Source of the DNA: Trypethelium eluteriae
Taxonomy: Eukaryota
Direction: 5' to 3'
Length of the DNA: 63,313 nt
NCBI GenBank assembly: GCA_051942245.1
Contig: JAVECL010000068.1
Coordinates: 1 to 63,313, forward strand
The notes under the pieces are model-generated. The model worked only from the letters and a program-made list of their open reading frames with translations. It did not search any database and was not told the DNA's origin. This document shows, one piece after another, positions 34,184 to 47,343 of this stretch (position 1 is its first letter; every line of letters begins with the position of its first letter). The position numbers and the translations under genes are program-made.

Positions 34184-35509
34184 TGATTTATGATGGATCT
34201 AAAGACAAAACTATCTGGGAACCCTTTGCCCTTTGTTGCTAAGGGCCAGATTTCGAAGGGGGCTAATTTCTGCCTCACTGGTGTTCTAGTTTTGGGTATA
34301 TGAATCTGTGAGAATGTAGATATTTTGTTGCATATTGTTTGGCGAAAAGGACTGATACCTATGGCATATACAATTGTGAGATCTACGACATAATAATAAT
34401 GAGAGCAATTCTAGATTTCAATGCGTCGTTCCTATGCACCAGCCGCCATACTACACGTTCATGGCACAGATTCGGGCGTGCCTCCGGTTTCGATCGCGAG
34501 AGCAACGAGCGGAATTTTGGTAGGGGAGCGTGATCTATTTCGCTGCTAGGCCAAGGAGGGCTCCTGAAGTTCAAGCGGTATTCTCCAAATTTAATGTCTT
34601 AAGATGTCTCTGTCGAACTCTCTTTCGGATAAGAATTCTCTACTGAAGGATACCATAGTTATCCAGCGCAGGAGTATGGTGTACTGTACTCTATGCGTTA
34701 GACTACGCATTCATCGATCAGGGAATCCTGCTTGACTCGATAGGTAGGTTTTACTTAGATAGTGAAGCTATGAAATATAATTTCGCCTTTAAAACATGGA
34801 GAAGCATTTCCACTGCAGGCACGCGAAGTAACCCTCTATTCGCAGCGTCTTATTGTACTTCTTCCGGGCAACCATTTGTTTGGAAGGCCTCTCACCTCAG
34901 AAGATTTCTTGTAGCGCAGCTGCTCGCTGCTGCGTGGAAGGGAACTACTAGCAAAGCGCATAAGCCGCAATCAGAACCTATGAGTTTGCTATGTTCCACC
35001 CTTTCTCGACGCAGCCATGAGATGTTCGTAAGACGCCAGCCCAATAGGAGTGAATAGGATATTAACCTCGATGTAGAGTAGTTCGTCGGAACGGAGCGCG
35101 CCCGCGCGGATTCCCGCTCATTCCGCTCTATCGTAAGAGATGATTCATTGTCGCGACAAGGCAGCCCAGATGCATGCAAAAATTGACCACTACATCTGGA
35201 GTGCAGATCAAGCATTTTGACCGTGAGGTAAACCTCAGAGAATGATTGCGCCTAAGTGAAGATATGTCTGATCGGTTTGCCTTGGGGCTTCGCAGATCTC
35301 TTATGACGAATGCGACTCCGCCATATGGTATCGGACGAAATCTCAGGAAGGAACCGCTGCCAGCTATCGAGAATCACACTTCATATAAATCCCTATGAAG
35401 GCTCCAGAAATTCAACGGACGGAAACGAGACGCTCTTGCAGTCTTATTCCCTGGACATCATTCGAGGCCGGCTGAAGACACTATCCAAATCTCCAGTTGA
35501 ATCGACAGT

Positions 35510-38500
35510 ATGGGTGTTACCGGGCTCTGGACCGTTGTCCAGCCCTGCGCGCGTCCCATCAAAATCGAAACCCTGAATAGAAAACGGCTGGCGGTCGATG
35601 CTTCAATCTGGATATACCAATTCCTCAAAGCTGTACGCGACAAGGAGGGCAATGCATTACGAAATAGTCATGTCGTTGGCTTCTTTCGGAGAATATGCAA
35701 ACTTTTATTTTTCGGCATCAAACCAGTCTTTGTCTTCGACGGAGGTGCCCCCACTTTGAAGAGACAGACTATTAGCGGGCGGAAGCAACGCCGCGAAGGC
35801 AGAAGAGAGGATGCAGTACGAACCGCCGGAAAATTGCTGGCTTTACAAATGCAGAAGAGAGCAGAAGAGGAGGATCAGAAGAGGAAGCAAGAAGTCGAAC
35901 AATCAAAGCAGACAGAGGAAGAGGAGCCACTACCGGAGAACCTGGTCTACGTGGACGAGATCCAAATGACGCAGAAGGAGCGTCAACAGTCACGGAAGTT
36001 CAAGAAAAGGGACGCATATCATCTACCAGACTTAGACGTGTCACTGACGGAAATGGGTGGTGCTAACGACCCTCGGATCATGTCGCTCGAAGAACTTCAA
36101 GAGTATGCGCAGCAATTTCAACAAGGCGAAGATATCAATGTGTACGATTTTTCAAAAATAGATTTCGACAGCCCCTTTTTTACCAGTTTGCCAGCGAGCG
36201 ACCGTTACAATATCCTCAACGCTGCGAGACTTCGAAGTCGGCTTCGAATGGGATACTCGAAAGATCAGCTTGATATTATGTTTCCTGACCGCATGGCCTT
36301 TTCGCGATTCCAGGTAGAACGAGTCAGAGAACGAAATGAACTCACTCAAAGGCTCATGAACATCAATGGCATGGTCGATGATTCAATGTTTGGTGGAGGT
36401 AGAGTCGCAGGTGAAAAGGGCAAGGAATACATTCTTGTCAGAAATGAAGGCGTGGAAGGAGGGTGGGCGCTCGGCGTTGTTAGTGATAAGGACCAAGGAA
36501 AACAAGAAAAGCCAATAGATGTTGATGATCTCGACAAGCCTCTTCATGAAACTAATGGTGTGGAATCATCAGACGATGAAGAATTCGAGGATATCCCTGT
36601 TGAAGGCCTAAATCGGTTGCCGAAGCGCAGCGTTCCCGAAATGAATGACGTTACTACCAATGCCATTGCAAAGAGACGACAAGAAGTATACAATAGTCGC
36701 AAGACGGAAGCTGATGGGCTTCAAAGTACCAAAGCGGACGATTCTGAATCTCTCTTTGTTCCTCACGGCTCTACGGATGTCCATCCTAACGGCGCAGATA
36801 CACTTTTCGAAGACATTGAGGAAGCCATTGAGGAAGACCCTGCTGGTGATAGTCAAGAGCAAGCGCAGCTCAATAGAGCCATTGCGATGTCGCTTGAGAC
36901 GAACGAAAACGACGATGAGCAGGACGATTTTGTAGAAGTGTTTCAACAGCAGAAGGTCGACGAACCGAAACCATTCACCAAGGGTAGCGGTCAGGCTCTC
37001 GCTCGAGTAGCGAACAACAGAAGCCGTATGGCCGCTCCAAAGAGCCAAACAGCGATCAATAGTGAGAGTGACGACGAGGATATGAGTCTGCAGGTCGCTC
37101 TTGCAGAGTCCAAGCGGTCGGAGCAGCAGATTTCCAAACCAGTGGATACTACATCTAGAAAGAGTGATGGGATTGAACTTCAAACAAAACCTCAAAAATC
37201 GGAAATGTCATCAGGACCACTTCCATTCGAAGCGCTCGACCTTGGAAGCTCGTTACTGGGCAAAAAGAAAATGAAGAAGCTCACTGAAGAAAACGAAGGG
37301 GGCTTCGATAAAATAGGTGAGACCGAGAAGGAACAGACCTCAAAGCCACTGCCACCTTGGTTTTCTGGCAATTTAGAAGAAGACATGAATGCTCAGAAAT
37401 CTTTCGATGAGACCCAACGGCGTACTGATCAAGAGGAGTTCGAGCCTCTTATACAAAAGGAAGATATTCGTGGGACAAGGGTAGTGAACGCTATTGATGT
37501 TGATGCGACTAACAATACAACCGAAGGTATCATTAATCTCGAATCCGAGGAAGAATCGTCTAAGGAAGACGAAGAGATGGGGCAAGCATCAGAGCAGAAC
37601 ACGGTTGTGGAGGACCCGGAACTGCGGATGGGCGACCTTGCCGAGATGAGTCGTGCCGAGCCACCTCAGCCTCGATCCCCGATAGAGCCATCGATGAAGT
37701 CAGCTATACATACACTGGAGACTGACAAGCAGCGTGGACAACATTTACTCGAGGGAAGGAAAGAAGATGGTGTAGCAGGTGCTGAGGACGCAAACGTGGA
37801 CGAGAACACATACGAATGGTCGGATAGTGATCATGAACAGGTCCCTACCACCAAAGTAGCTGTTGACACAACGGACGCTCACCCTGCTGGAGGACTCGTA
37901 CAGCCGGAGACGTCAAGGTCGCCATCCGTGGAATTCGAAGATGTGGGCATTTCCACGGAACCTTCCGCGAAACAGCCATCGAATACAACCCCGGAAGAAC
38001 GATCAGAAGATCACTTGGATGAGATTGATGGATCCGTACCCGCTAGTGGCACCACAAATCAAGAAGTTGTGCAAGTCAGTGGACAGGACGCGGATCTTTA
38101 CTCTGACCCTGAAGATGAAGACCTGCTACGACAATTAGCTGCAGAGGCTGAAGAGCATGCTCGGTTTGCATCTTCCTTGAACAATAGCAACAACCACCTC
38201 AGCGTCGAGGAGTATGAGCGCGAGCTTCGACAACTGCGAAATCAACAGAAAAAAGATCGCCGAGACGCCGATGAAGTGACACAAGTGATGATCACTGAGT
38301 GCCAACAGCTACTAAGACTCTTCGGCCTACCCTACATCACGGCGCCAATGGAAGCTGAAGCTCAATGCGCCGCGATGGTTTCCCTTGGACTCGTCGATGG
38401 GATCGTTACCGACGATTCCGACATTTTTCTCTTCGGCGGAACACGCGTCTACAAGAATATGTTTAACCAAGCCAAGTTCGTCGAATGCTATCTCTCTACT

Positions 38501-39355
38501 GACCTCGAGAAAGAATTCGACCTTGATCGCCGTAGACTCATCGGCATCGCCCACCTCTTGGGCAGTGATTACACCGAGGGTCTCCCCGGCGTCGGGCCCG
38601 TTACCGCTCTTGAAATCATATCAGAATTCCCTTCGCTCTCAGACTTCAAAGATTGGTGGACGGGAGTCCAAAGCGCGCAGATTCCCAAATCCGCCGATGC
38701 TGGCAATTCCTTCCGCAAGAAATTCCGTCGGCAGGCAACGAAACTCTTCCTGCCGCCTATTTTCCCTGATCAGCGTGTTGAGCAAGCATACCTCGATCCC
38801 GAAATTGATTCCGATCCGCAGGCATTCGAATGGGGCGTGCCTGACCTTGATGCTCTGCGTTCTTTCCTGATGGCGACGATTGGATGGAGCGAAGCTCGTA
38901 CGGATGAAGTGCTCGTACCCGTTATTAAGGACATGAACAGGAGACAGGATGAAGGCACCCAGGCAAATATTACAAATTTCTTCCAGGGAGGTACAGGGGC
39001 TGGAGCATTCGCACCGAGGGTGAAGGGCCAGATGAAGAGTAAAAGGATGGATAATGCGTTAGGGAGGATGGCTGAGAAGGCGAGAACTCGGAGAAAGGAT
39101 CACGAGGCAGAGCACAGGCCGGAGGTTGGCAGTGGTGACGATGTCAACAACCATGAAGGCGTTGACAGCCAAGCAGAAGCTATCGACGACATACGCAGTG
39201 CCAAACTAGGAGTTGCAGATACCAGTAGTGCCAGAGCTAGTCAAGCCAAGAAACGACCCCGACTAGAAGGCGATGGAGAATCTGAGGAATACGAGGACTT
39301 ACCCCAAAAGTCAGGCCGAGTGAAAACTGGATTAGGCAAGCGCAAGAAGAAATAA
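35510..39355 (+). CDS. RAD2: Nucleotide excision repair endonuclease Rad2/XPG
   Basis: MGVTGLW...RLAVDASIWIYQF (XPG-N) and PYITAPMEAEAQCA...TDDSD...LGSDYT (XPG-I). Confidence 0.96.
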   Translation: MGVTGLWTVVQPCARPIKIETLNRKRLAVDASIWIYQFLKAVRDKEGNALRNSHVVGFFRRICKLLFFGIKPVFVFDGGAPTLKRQTISGRKQRREGRREDAVRTAGKLLALQMQKRAEEEDQKRKQEVEQSKQTEEEEPLPENLVYVDEIQMTQKERQQSRKFKKRDAYHLPDLDVSLTEMGGANDPRIMSLEELQEYAQQFQQGEDINVYDFSKIDFDSPFFTSLPASDRYNILNAARLRSRLRMGYSKDQLDIMFPDRMAFSRFQVERVRERNELTQRLMNINGMVDDSMFGGGRVAGEKGKEYILVRNEGVEGGWALGVVSDKDQGKQEKPIDVDDLDKPLHETNGVESSDDEEFEDIPVEGLNRLPKRSVPEMNDVTTNAIAKRRQEVYNSRKTEADGLQSTKADDSESLFVPHGSTDVHPNGADTLFEDIEEAIEEDPAGDSQEQAQLNRAIAMSLETNENDDEQDDFVEVFQQQKVDEPKPFTKGSGQALARVANNRSRMAAPKSQTAINSESDDEDMSLQVALAESKRSEQQISKPVDTTSRKSDGIELQTKPQKSEMSSGPLPFEALDLGSSLLGKKKMKKLTEENEGGFDKIGETEKEQTSKPLPPWFSGNLEEDMNAQKSFDETQRRTDQEEFEPLIQKEDIRGTRVVNAIDVDATNNTTEGIINLESEEESSKEDEEMGQASEQNTVVEDPELRMGDLAEMSRAEPPQPRSPIEPSMKSAIHTLETDKQRGQHLLEGRKEDGVAGAEDANVDENTYEWSDSDHEQVPTTKVAVDTTDAHPAGGLVQPETSRSPSVEFEDVGISTEPSAKQPSNTTPEERSEDHLDEIDGSVPASGTTNQEVVQVSGQDADLYSDPEDEDLLRQLAAEAEEHARFASSLNNSNNHLSVEEYERELRQLRNQQKKDRRDADEVTQVMITECQQLLRLFGLPYITAPMEAEAQCAAMVSLGLVDGIVTDDSDIFLFGGTRVYKNMFNQAKFVECYLSTDLEKEFDLDRRRLIGIAHLLGSDYTEGLPGVGPVTALEIISEFPSLSDFKDWWTGVQSAQIPKSADAGNSFRKKFRRQATKLFLPPIFPDQRVEQAYLDPEIDSDPQAFEWGVPDLDALRSFLMATIGWSEARTDEVLVPVIKDMNRRQDEGTQANITNFFQGGTGAGAFAPRVKGQMKSKRMDNALGRMAEKARTRRKDHEAEHRPEVGSGDDVNNHEGVDSQAEAIDDIRSAKLGVADTSSARASQAKKRPRLEGDGESEEYEDLPQKSGRVKTGLGKRKKK

Positions 39356-39508
39356 CTGCCTAACTCAATCATATCATGTCTTACGAATAATGTTTATTTA
39401 GACAATGACAGCGACAAGACAGGATCCCAGTGTAGAAATACATGTAATTCTATTGCACCTACATTCACATTACAGAATCCAGGACCGCTTCACGATGTTT
39501 AAGGTTCA

Positions 39509-41341
39509 TCAATTTCTCACAGCATATGACTGGCCAGCAAAAAAGTCACACTTCGGCGCCGCGTCAAAATCCTCCCGTACGCCGAGATTTGTGACGTTGA
39601 CATCCATCACGGAGAACCGTGACGAGGATGGTGCTTGATACATAGGCCAGAATGGTTTCGAGGTATTGCTCAAAGACTCTGTATTTGGATCCAAATTGAT
39701 CACAAATGAGAGGAAATAGTCTCGCATGATATATCCAAGTGTTTCATTTACCCCGACGGCCTCTGGGGTCCCGGGGGGCGCAAAAAGGAACGTGCCGGTC
39801 GCCCCATGGAGCTGCGTTCCAGCGTCGAAAATCATTTTCCATGTCGGTAAACCTCTATCAGCGTAGGCGCTGGCGATGGCGTAAGTAGGACAATCGATGA
39901 TGAAATCGCCGAAGATTTGTTGTCGTTGGTAGAAAGTCGAGTTGAAATCGTCTCGGGGATAGAGCTTAAAGAGTTCATTGAAGAAGGATTGCTTTGCGTA
40001 AGGGAATAATTTGTGCAAATCGGCTATTTCCTCGGCCACCGTCTTCTCACTTTTGTTGGTGAAAACAACACCTTCATATCCATCATGATCCTAGGACCTT
40101 GTTAGTGAGACTTATCGGTATCGGACTAGAAATGATTTCATACGGTCAGAAATGGCACTTTAGAGAAATGTCCCTGCTTGAATGCTTGTGATGGGAGTTC
40201 TCGGATAATGTTGCCATCCACCGCTGGCCCGTAGTAAAAGTCACCATAACCATAGTGTCCTTCTGGAATGGCCCAGTATCCTTGCCCATATGTGGCTTGC
40301 GTTGCAGTCACCAATTCTGATGTCGAGAGCGCTCGTAGACAGAACAAACTGTCACAACTTGTTGCATTCAACAACTCGTGGTATTGATCTTCAAGAACAG
40401 AATCGGGATGATACGGCTGCATCCATGGATATTCAGCAATTGCCGAACGGAAAGGCGGGTTGATTTCTCCTCCGTAGAGCATGAGTTGACTGACGACAGA
40501 TCCTCCACCCGCGCTTCCTCCCCAGATAGTAACTTTATGCGGGTCACCGCCAAAAGCACCAATATGTCGTTGGACCCATCCAAGAGCGGCCCGTTGATCA
40601 AGTAAGCCAGCATTAGCAACGCCATCGGCGCGAACTGCGGAGGACGATAGGAATCCGAGCGCGCCAAGGCGGTACTGTATCGTGACGCTGAGATCTGTCA
40701 TCAGCCCGGAACGATGTTCGAAGTCAACATGGTGACCATACTATACTAGTCCTCCATTTGATTGGTTAACTAAAGCATAGCCAGGATTGTCTTCAGAGTT
40801 TCCTTCTGCGAGTTGTGAGCATCAGGCACATCCATATTACAGACATGAAGGTACTCACGCACATAGCCTCCTCCGTGAATAAGAACGACGACTGGAAGGC
40901 GTTCTGAGCTAGGTTTCATAGGAGTCGTCACGTCCAGAAGGAGGCAGTCTTCGCTGGACCCGGTCGGTGATGTCGCTTCAGCTCCATGAGACCAGGCAGG
41001 CTCGCCCTGATAACATTGTGGCCCTTCAATGGTCGCATTGATTATTTGGGAGCTTGAGTAGGAATTCTTCGACTCAATGTCCTGCGGCGCTTGCCATCGC
41101 AGTTCACCCGTCGGAGGAATTGCATATCTGATGCCGAACCAGGTATTAACCCTTCACCGATTGTCAGCTGGTGTAGAGACGTTGTATCGTAGCTCGCAGA
41201 CCCAAATCTTTCACTGCGCGTGCCGAAATACTTGGCATATCCGAGGTCGACGACTGGAGACTTAGAATCTGGTTGGACCTGAGCCAGCACCACTACAGCC
41301 CAGGCTACCCCACAGATTACAACAGAAAAGAGAGTTCGCAT
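39509..41341 (-). CDS. Secreted carboxylesterase/lipase type B, multi-exon
   Basis: Signal peptide, [33 protein letters not shown] and nucleophile elbow WGGSAGG. Several short introns. Confidence 0.88.
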
Positions 41342-42970
41342 CTTGCTGGAAGGGAGGATACAGAAGTAAGATTAAGGAAGAGACAAGATGCACCCTATTT
41401 TATAACATTTTGTTTTGACTGCTGAATGAAACTACCGTGCATACCATACAGGGAGCGATTCCACTATTGAAGAGTACAGAAGCGACCCTCATCAAAGCGG
41501 CTGGTGATGCGAGATGTAAAGCCATTCTGAATATAGTCTCTTCTAACACATGTTTGTCAAGCGTAGCCTACGACGGCTGGTGTATACTAAAGCCTGAAAA
41601 GGTAGGGTATCCAACAAGCTCGAGGCTCTGTGGCCCCAAGGAGCTGAAGTTCGCTATCGGAATGCGGAATACCACTCTGAGAATCCGTAGCGCTGGTGCA
41701 GCCTAGATAGCATTTGTACTGCTGGCTGAGCGAAGATCTTTGTCCATTGGCATGGGCAAGGGAGCAGCAGGTAGAGAGCATACCGCATCCCAACATGCGT
41801 TGCTACGGATAACTCCATCGAGATTCCGACCTTTGCTGTATGAGACTTGGTCAAGTTTAGGTTCTATGGTGTAGAACATCTGACAGTCCAAGATTGTAAA
41901 GCGATTGGGGCGATGACGCCGGAGGCTGAGAGTAGAGAAATAACCTCCTGAAGATTCGCAACACTAACCAGAAGAGGCAATGTCAGGGATCAATACCTAT
42001 CTTAGTAGATTACTACTCCAGCTCCGCGCCTCTCGTGTTTCTCAATTGCAATTCAGCTAAGCCACCATCCCATTCTTAAGTCGCATCTAGATTTGTGTCC
42101 TATTCTGGGTTCAGTCGTCGCCATCGCCAAACCTTGTTTATGCAATGAGAATGGGTTGCGAAAGGTGTGTGGTATCGTGGAAATAGTGCACGCGAAAGGA
42201 TTACATTTGGCTCCCATCGCCCGAACGTCGCTAGTATCATTGGAATGACAATGCCATTGAGGCATCTGGTTGATTCCACTAAATCTCACAGATAAATTCT
42301 ATCTAATTCAACCAACGTGGCATCAGAAAATCCTCCTCGTGCAGAGATGAGATCAGACTTATTGCCCCCGTCCGGGCCAATCAGGCAGCTAAGAGCAAGG
42401 GCTGCCTGATCCCCTACTACATCCCCTTCATACTCAATTTATGAATACAATTCGAAAATTCTCAATTGCGAATCACTGGAATATATGGTACCTGAAGTGA
42501 TTCACTAGAAGTGCATTCCCCCCAGGCTAACGATCCCCGGTCTAGATTTCTGTGTCCGGTAAATCTACGCACTTCAATATGGGTCTCTCCATCGTTAGAC
42601 TATTGTAGACACATCTCCAGAGGGCGGATAAGAGCTTTCTGTGCTAGGAGATTTGGTCGACGTTCTGACCTCCGTTACTCTAGGGACCCACAGCAATATC
42701 GATCTACATATATGAGAGAATTAGAGAGAAGAATTTGATGGGATACCAAGGAGCAATCTGTAGGGTATAGCTCCGAGAGTATTATTCGAGCTCTGCAGAA
42801 CCTGGGAGGCCCCAGCAAGAGACGGACTTGCGAATCCCGCCGACATATCGAATTCTATCCTCCCATGTCATTGATTTCCAAGAAGAAAAAATAATCATGC
42901 ATGATAATCTATCATCATCCATCGCCCTCTCAAATTAGAACATCGCCAACTATCGATCGGCTGTTATCCC

Positions 42971-44264
42971 CTAAAAAAATCTCCTCGCACTCTTCGGAGT
43001 AGTGGGAGTCTCTCCCGAGCATTCACAACAGCTGCCCCGACCACTTTCCTGTCCGTTCAGAACCTTGATATCCTTTGTCACAACAATAAAGCCCGATTTG
43101 GTATTTTTGCGACCACTGCCTGCATGGTCTCCCGCATCGCCGAGCTCTTTAAACCAAGCGGCTGACTCTACGTCACTCATTGGTGGCGTGCTGACTCTTG
43201 AACTCTGTCTCACTTGGCTTGCTTGCCCCCTGGCTTCGCTAGCGGGTGTTATCTCGCATGGTACTGGCCTAGTAATATGCAACCTTTCAAGGAACTTACG
43301 GAAAAGGCCGCCATACGTCGGGAGGCAAACGCTGAGAAGGCCGATCGGGGCTTCCGTATCAGACCAGAGGCTAAGGTCAACATAGTTCCATGTGAAATCA
43401 CTAGATACTGGTTTGAGCGCATAAGTGAGCCTTACGATGGAAATGACCGTCACTCTGGATTTCTGATTAGTCGGTGGAAGGAGCTATGAGACATGAGAAG
43501 ATGACTCACAAGCCTCCCATCATGAAGATACCAATGAGAGCTATCCTTGAGGTCCGTGGCAATTGAACGCCCCACACTAACGGGACCGCGAGGGCTAATA
43601 TGATGAGGTCGAAGATGACGGTTGGAATGGACTGAGCAATGAAGATTGGACCTCTGTCCATACAGGTGCCGGGGACACTCCGGTCCCAAGTTCGTCTGAT
43701 CGGGTTGCAGGCGAAGATGATTAAGCATTCTACAATGACGAGCCATATGCCAATGGCCACTCCAAGGACCCAGGAGCTGACCTTCAGCCATCGATGATGT
43801 GGAAAGAGACGAACATAAAATAGAAGCATTGCAATTTTGAAGAACACAAGACTGGGGGCGTAGATAACAAACTCAAAATAAAGCTGTTTAAAGTAAGGGG
43901 AGGGATTTGCGTGTAAAATAGTGACCAAGTGGACACCTTGGCCGACGGTAATCACTGAACAGACAGATCAGTTAGCCCACGCATACTATCTTGGCATTGG
44001 GGAGAACAGCTCACATTCAGCACTGAAGATATTAATTGCCAGAGAGTAAGGTAGCGCCATTAGAGTGACCCAATCGTCCCACCAAAAGCCTGCTCTGGAT
44101 GCTTTCCGGGCATAGAATCGCAAAGCAACTGCAGTAATCGCAAGGACACACATGAATACGTTCTCTGCAATGATAGTGGGCTGTCGGTTTTGGTTCAGAA
44201 AAGAAGCTGGAAGCTGCGAGTCTAATGAGTGGTTGGAAAAGGCTTCGCGAAATTGGTCATCCAT
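42971..44264 (-). CDS. PTH11-like (fungal rhodopsin-domain) 7-TM protein without CFEM, 3 exons
   Basis: VALRFYARK...FWWDDW, KIAMLLFYVRLF, CNPIRRTWD...GTC, DLIILALAVPLVW and SVCLPT. Confidence 0.88.
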
Positions 44265-45217
44265 CTTGAGTATGGAACGATTGATTTTGAAGAAGACGTC
44301 AGAATAAATGACCCGCCTGTATCAATCACACGAGCTTTCAGACGGATCGAAGGCACTCCCGTCTAACTGGGAGGACTGCAGGCTCTCAATGTGCACAGAA
44401 AGTGGAATATTGCGGAGCGGATCCCATGAGAGATAAAAAGACGAGTCGACTTATCGTCAATAAGCCAGACACCTCCACTACCATTCAGAACACAGTCATC
44501 GCAAACGATGATGCATCCTAAGAAAATAAAAGAAAATTGTGTTTCACCTAAGTCTTGGCCTCAAGGCTATGAGAGTAGCCTCATACTGGGATGGGAACAT
44601 AAATGCTGGAAGACGTGCGACGACCCTCCAACATGCCTGGTAGGAGAGCGATGGCTAAGCACCAGTTCGAAGAGAAGTTGGGTGGTTGTCTGCGATCGCA
44701 TAAATAAAGGGTTTCTTTTTCTGTGACTAGGGCTACCCTTAAGGGAAAGGATCGTGGCAGGATCAAGAGAGATGGTAGAGTACGGAAAGGCCCGGCGGCG
44801 ACTCTTTGCACCCGTCTATGCCGTCGCTAGACCATCTGAAACCCACGTCCCACCAGCTCTTTTCCTGACATCTGATGGTTTGGGAGGATGCATGGCAATG
44901 CGAATCCTTCCGCTATTCCACGGGATTCTGCCGTGGAAATAGATTAGGTCTTTCTGCCAACGGAGCCAATCGGATCACTCTGTCTATGCGAGCGGAGGAT
45001 CAGAACACCACTTGCAAGACAAACTCTCGGCACATGCAGTGTATGAAAATGCCTTGCATTAGAGCACCTCACAACGTATAGCAATTTTCAGCGAGACACC
45101 CACATGCTAAGTCTGATTCAAGTTTTCACTCTGCCGGCTGTACAACACTCAAGATGAGACATTGATTAATCTTCACTCAGCTAACATTGCTGACAATCCA
45201 CTTCCATTAATAAGCAC

Positions 45218-46599
45218 CTAAGACGCTACTGTACCTTTGTAGCCGCTGAAGTTGGAGCTGCATAACTTTTCAGCATGAGTGCATACATTTTTAAGACAAA
45301 AATAAAAACTTACTGGTCTTCCGCTAGGATAGCTGGAAGCTCGTCCTGCCTGAAGGATTCCCAGATACCTTTTTCTCTAGGTTCCCAACCCATCTCGCGT
45401 AGCCGGACAGCTCTGCTTCTCGAGTTCAGGCCAATAACAGCCGAAGTAAAATCACCCTAAATGTCTACCGTCAAGGTCCAGATTTTTCAGCAGTCTTGGC
45501 ATGCAGAATCACTTACGAAAAGGTCCTTGTAAAGATCCTCGGGTATCGTTCTTGGTTCAGGACTATCAATCTTGCCAGCCTCGAACAAAGCCTTACCAAG
45601 CTCTTCCGCTCCTTCCCGCCAAGAAAACTCTTTCCCGTTCTCACAAAAGAAATACGGATTCTTCTGGACTTCTTCCGGTGCCGTCTTTTCGAGCCAGTGC
45701 TATCACACGCTCATCAGCAACGAAACCCTCGTCTCTCATTAGGAGCTCCCCCTGCTTACCAAGAGTACGATATAGGCACGGGCTAAATCCAAGACATGGA
45801 TTTGAGACTCCACAGAGAGTCCTTTGCCGACATGGCCCGCGTATCCATGCTTTATCGCAAACCGGGAAAGAACCGGGAATTGAATGGTGAGTCTTCGATG
45901 CTTCGGATTCCAGCCATATATTTCCGGAGCTACTATGGTGGTCAGATCTTAATATGCATGGTCCAGGGAGCAAAAGACTCACGGGTCATGATGACCATCT
46001 TTGCTTGGCTACCCAACTCTTTCCTCGACCTTACAATTGCGAGGTCAACTTGACGATGGGGCGCATTGTCATCGAGAGCATCAATTTCTTCAGGTTTGTT
46101 GTCGTAGTATATTCTATCACCTTTGTATTCACCATTGGCTCCATCGTCCAAGATGCTAGTGCCACTAGTATGAACTTCAGCGCAATCAGCACGGTCCCCA
46201 CAGAGAATAATGGTTTTAAGCTTACTGAAGATGGCATTGCGACCATTCCGAACACGTTGCCTGACTCCCTCAAGGACTGCTTCTACAGAAGGAAGATGAT
46301 CGGCGGTGGCCGTGTGGATAGTACTTGAATACGAATCTCAGCTATGGCAAACTCTCCCCGAACAGGCTCCCCAGGTTGTAAGCCACTCACATGTCGTTCT
46401 TTGCGGTGTGTTCCGTGATCAAGGACTTGTCATCTAGTGAACCCATCACCGCGGTTGCTCCAGATTGTTGTATGCCATCCGCATGTTCTTTTCTACGGAC
46501 TAGGCCGCTCACGCTGTAACCTTCCGAGACAAGAAGATCCAGAACGCACCAGCCAATAAAGCCAGGGCCAATGATGAAGACATTTTTACCTGATGACAT
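45218..46599 (-). CDS. NAD(P)-dependent epimerase/dehydratase (atypical SDR), multi-exon
   Basis: VFIIGPGFIGW, HTATADHLPSV, IHTSGTS, PPEIYG and IHVLDLARAY after splicing. A small last exon ends NFSGYKGTVAS*. Confidence 0.85.
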
Positions 46600-46830
46600 G
46601 ACGATACTCGCAACTCGACTATCGTTCCAATAGTTTCGATGAGATAGAAGGCTTGTAGACTAATGTCGACACACGAAAGTTGGAAAGCCTCCAATCCTGA
46701 ATTCGCGGACCCCTATCCATGACAAAAGTGAACGTGGGGTTCAAAGCGGCTGACGTCAATCCCCGGGGTGTAGAATCCGCCGAACCAGATGTTATAGCAC
46801 AGGAGCACCGGAGTATCTGCAGTTTGATCG

Positions 46831-46870
46831 AAGCTTGGAAGCGCTTGGCAAAGCTTGGCAAAGCCTAGGC
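46831..46870. repeat. Imperfect 10-bp tandem repeat (AAGCTTGGCA-like x4)
   Basis: aagcttggaa gcgcttggca aagcttggca aagcctaggc in the divergent promoter between the SDR and the Gly-rich genes. Confidence 0.6.
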
Positions 46871-47343
46871 GCCGCTAACCTGGTTTAAACTTGAAAGTTG
46901 GAAGAGCTCAGCTGTAAACATCACGCAGGCTTCTGATGGCGTTAGAATTTGAGGTCATATCACAGTCAATCTTCTCCGCGCGCCACACCGTCGATGAAAG
47001 CTCCATCCCGTGGATGCTCAATGGCCAATCACTCGCTCCCCTTGCCTGAGGCGCTTTCTCGATCTGTGGTTACACCGTGCTGAAAGCTCGTGCTATGACG
47101 TGCATTGGTACCTTGCGACGATTGCACCATTGCTCAAAACAGGTTTGCGAGGAGCTTCACCTATCACTGGCTGAAGGTGGGGTAGCTTCATGTCCGTATA
47201 GCTATCGAGCATTTAAGCTCGGATCTCTGCCCTTTGTTGCACTTCTTCGATTCCTGCATCTGCACCCACCAACAATTTCCTTTCTTACAATTGATTCGTC
47301 GACTTCTTGATTCTACAAATTTCGTCTTTGTCGTCCTCACAGC

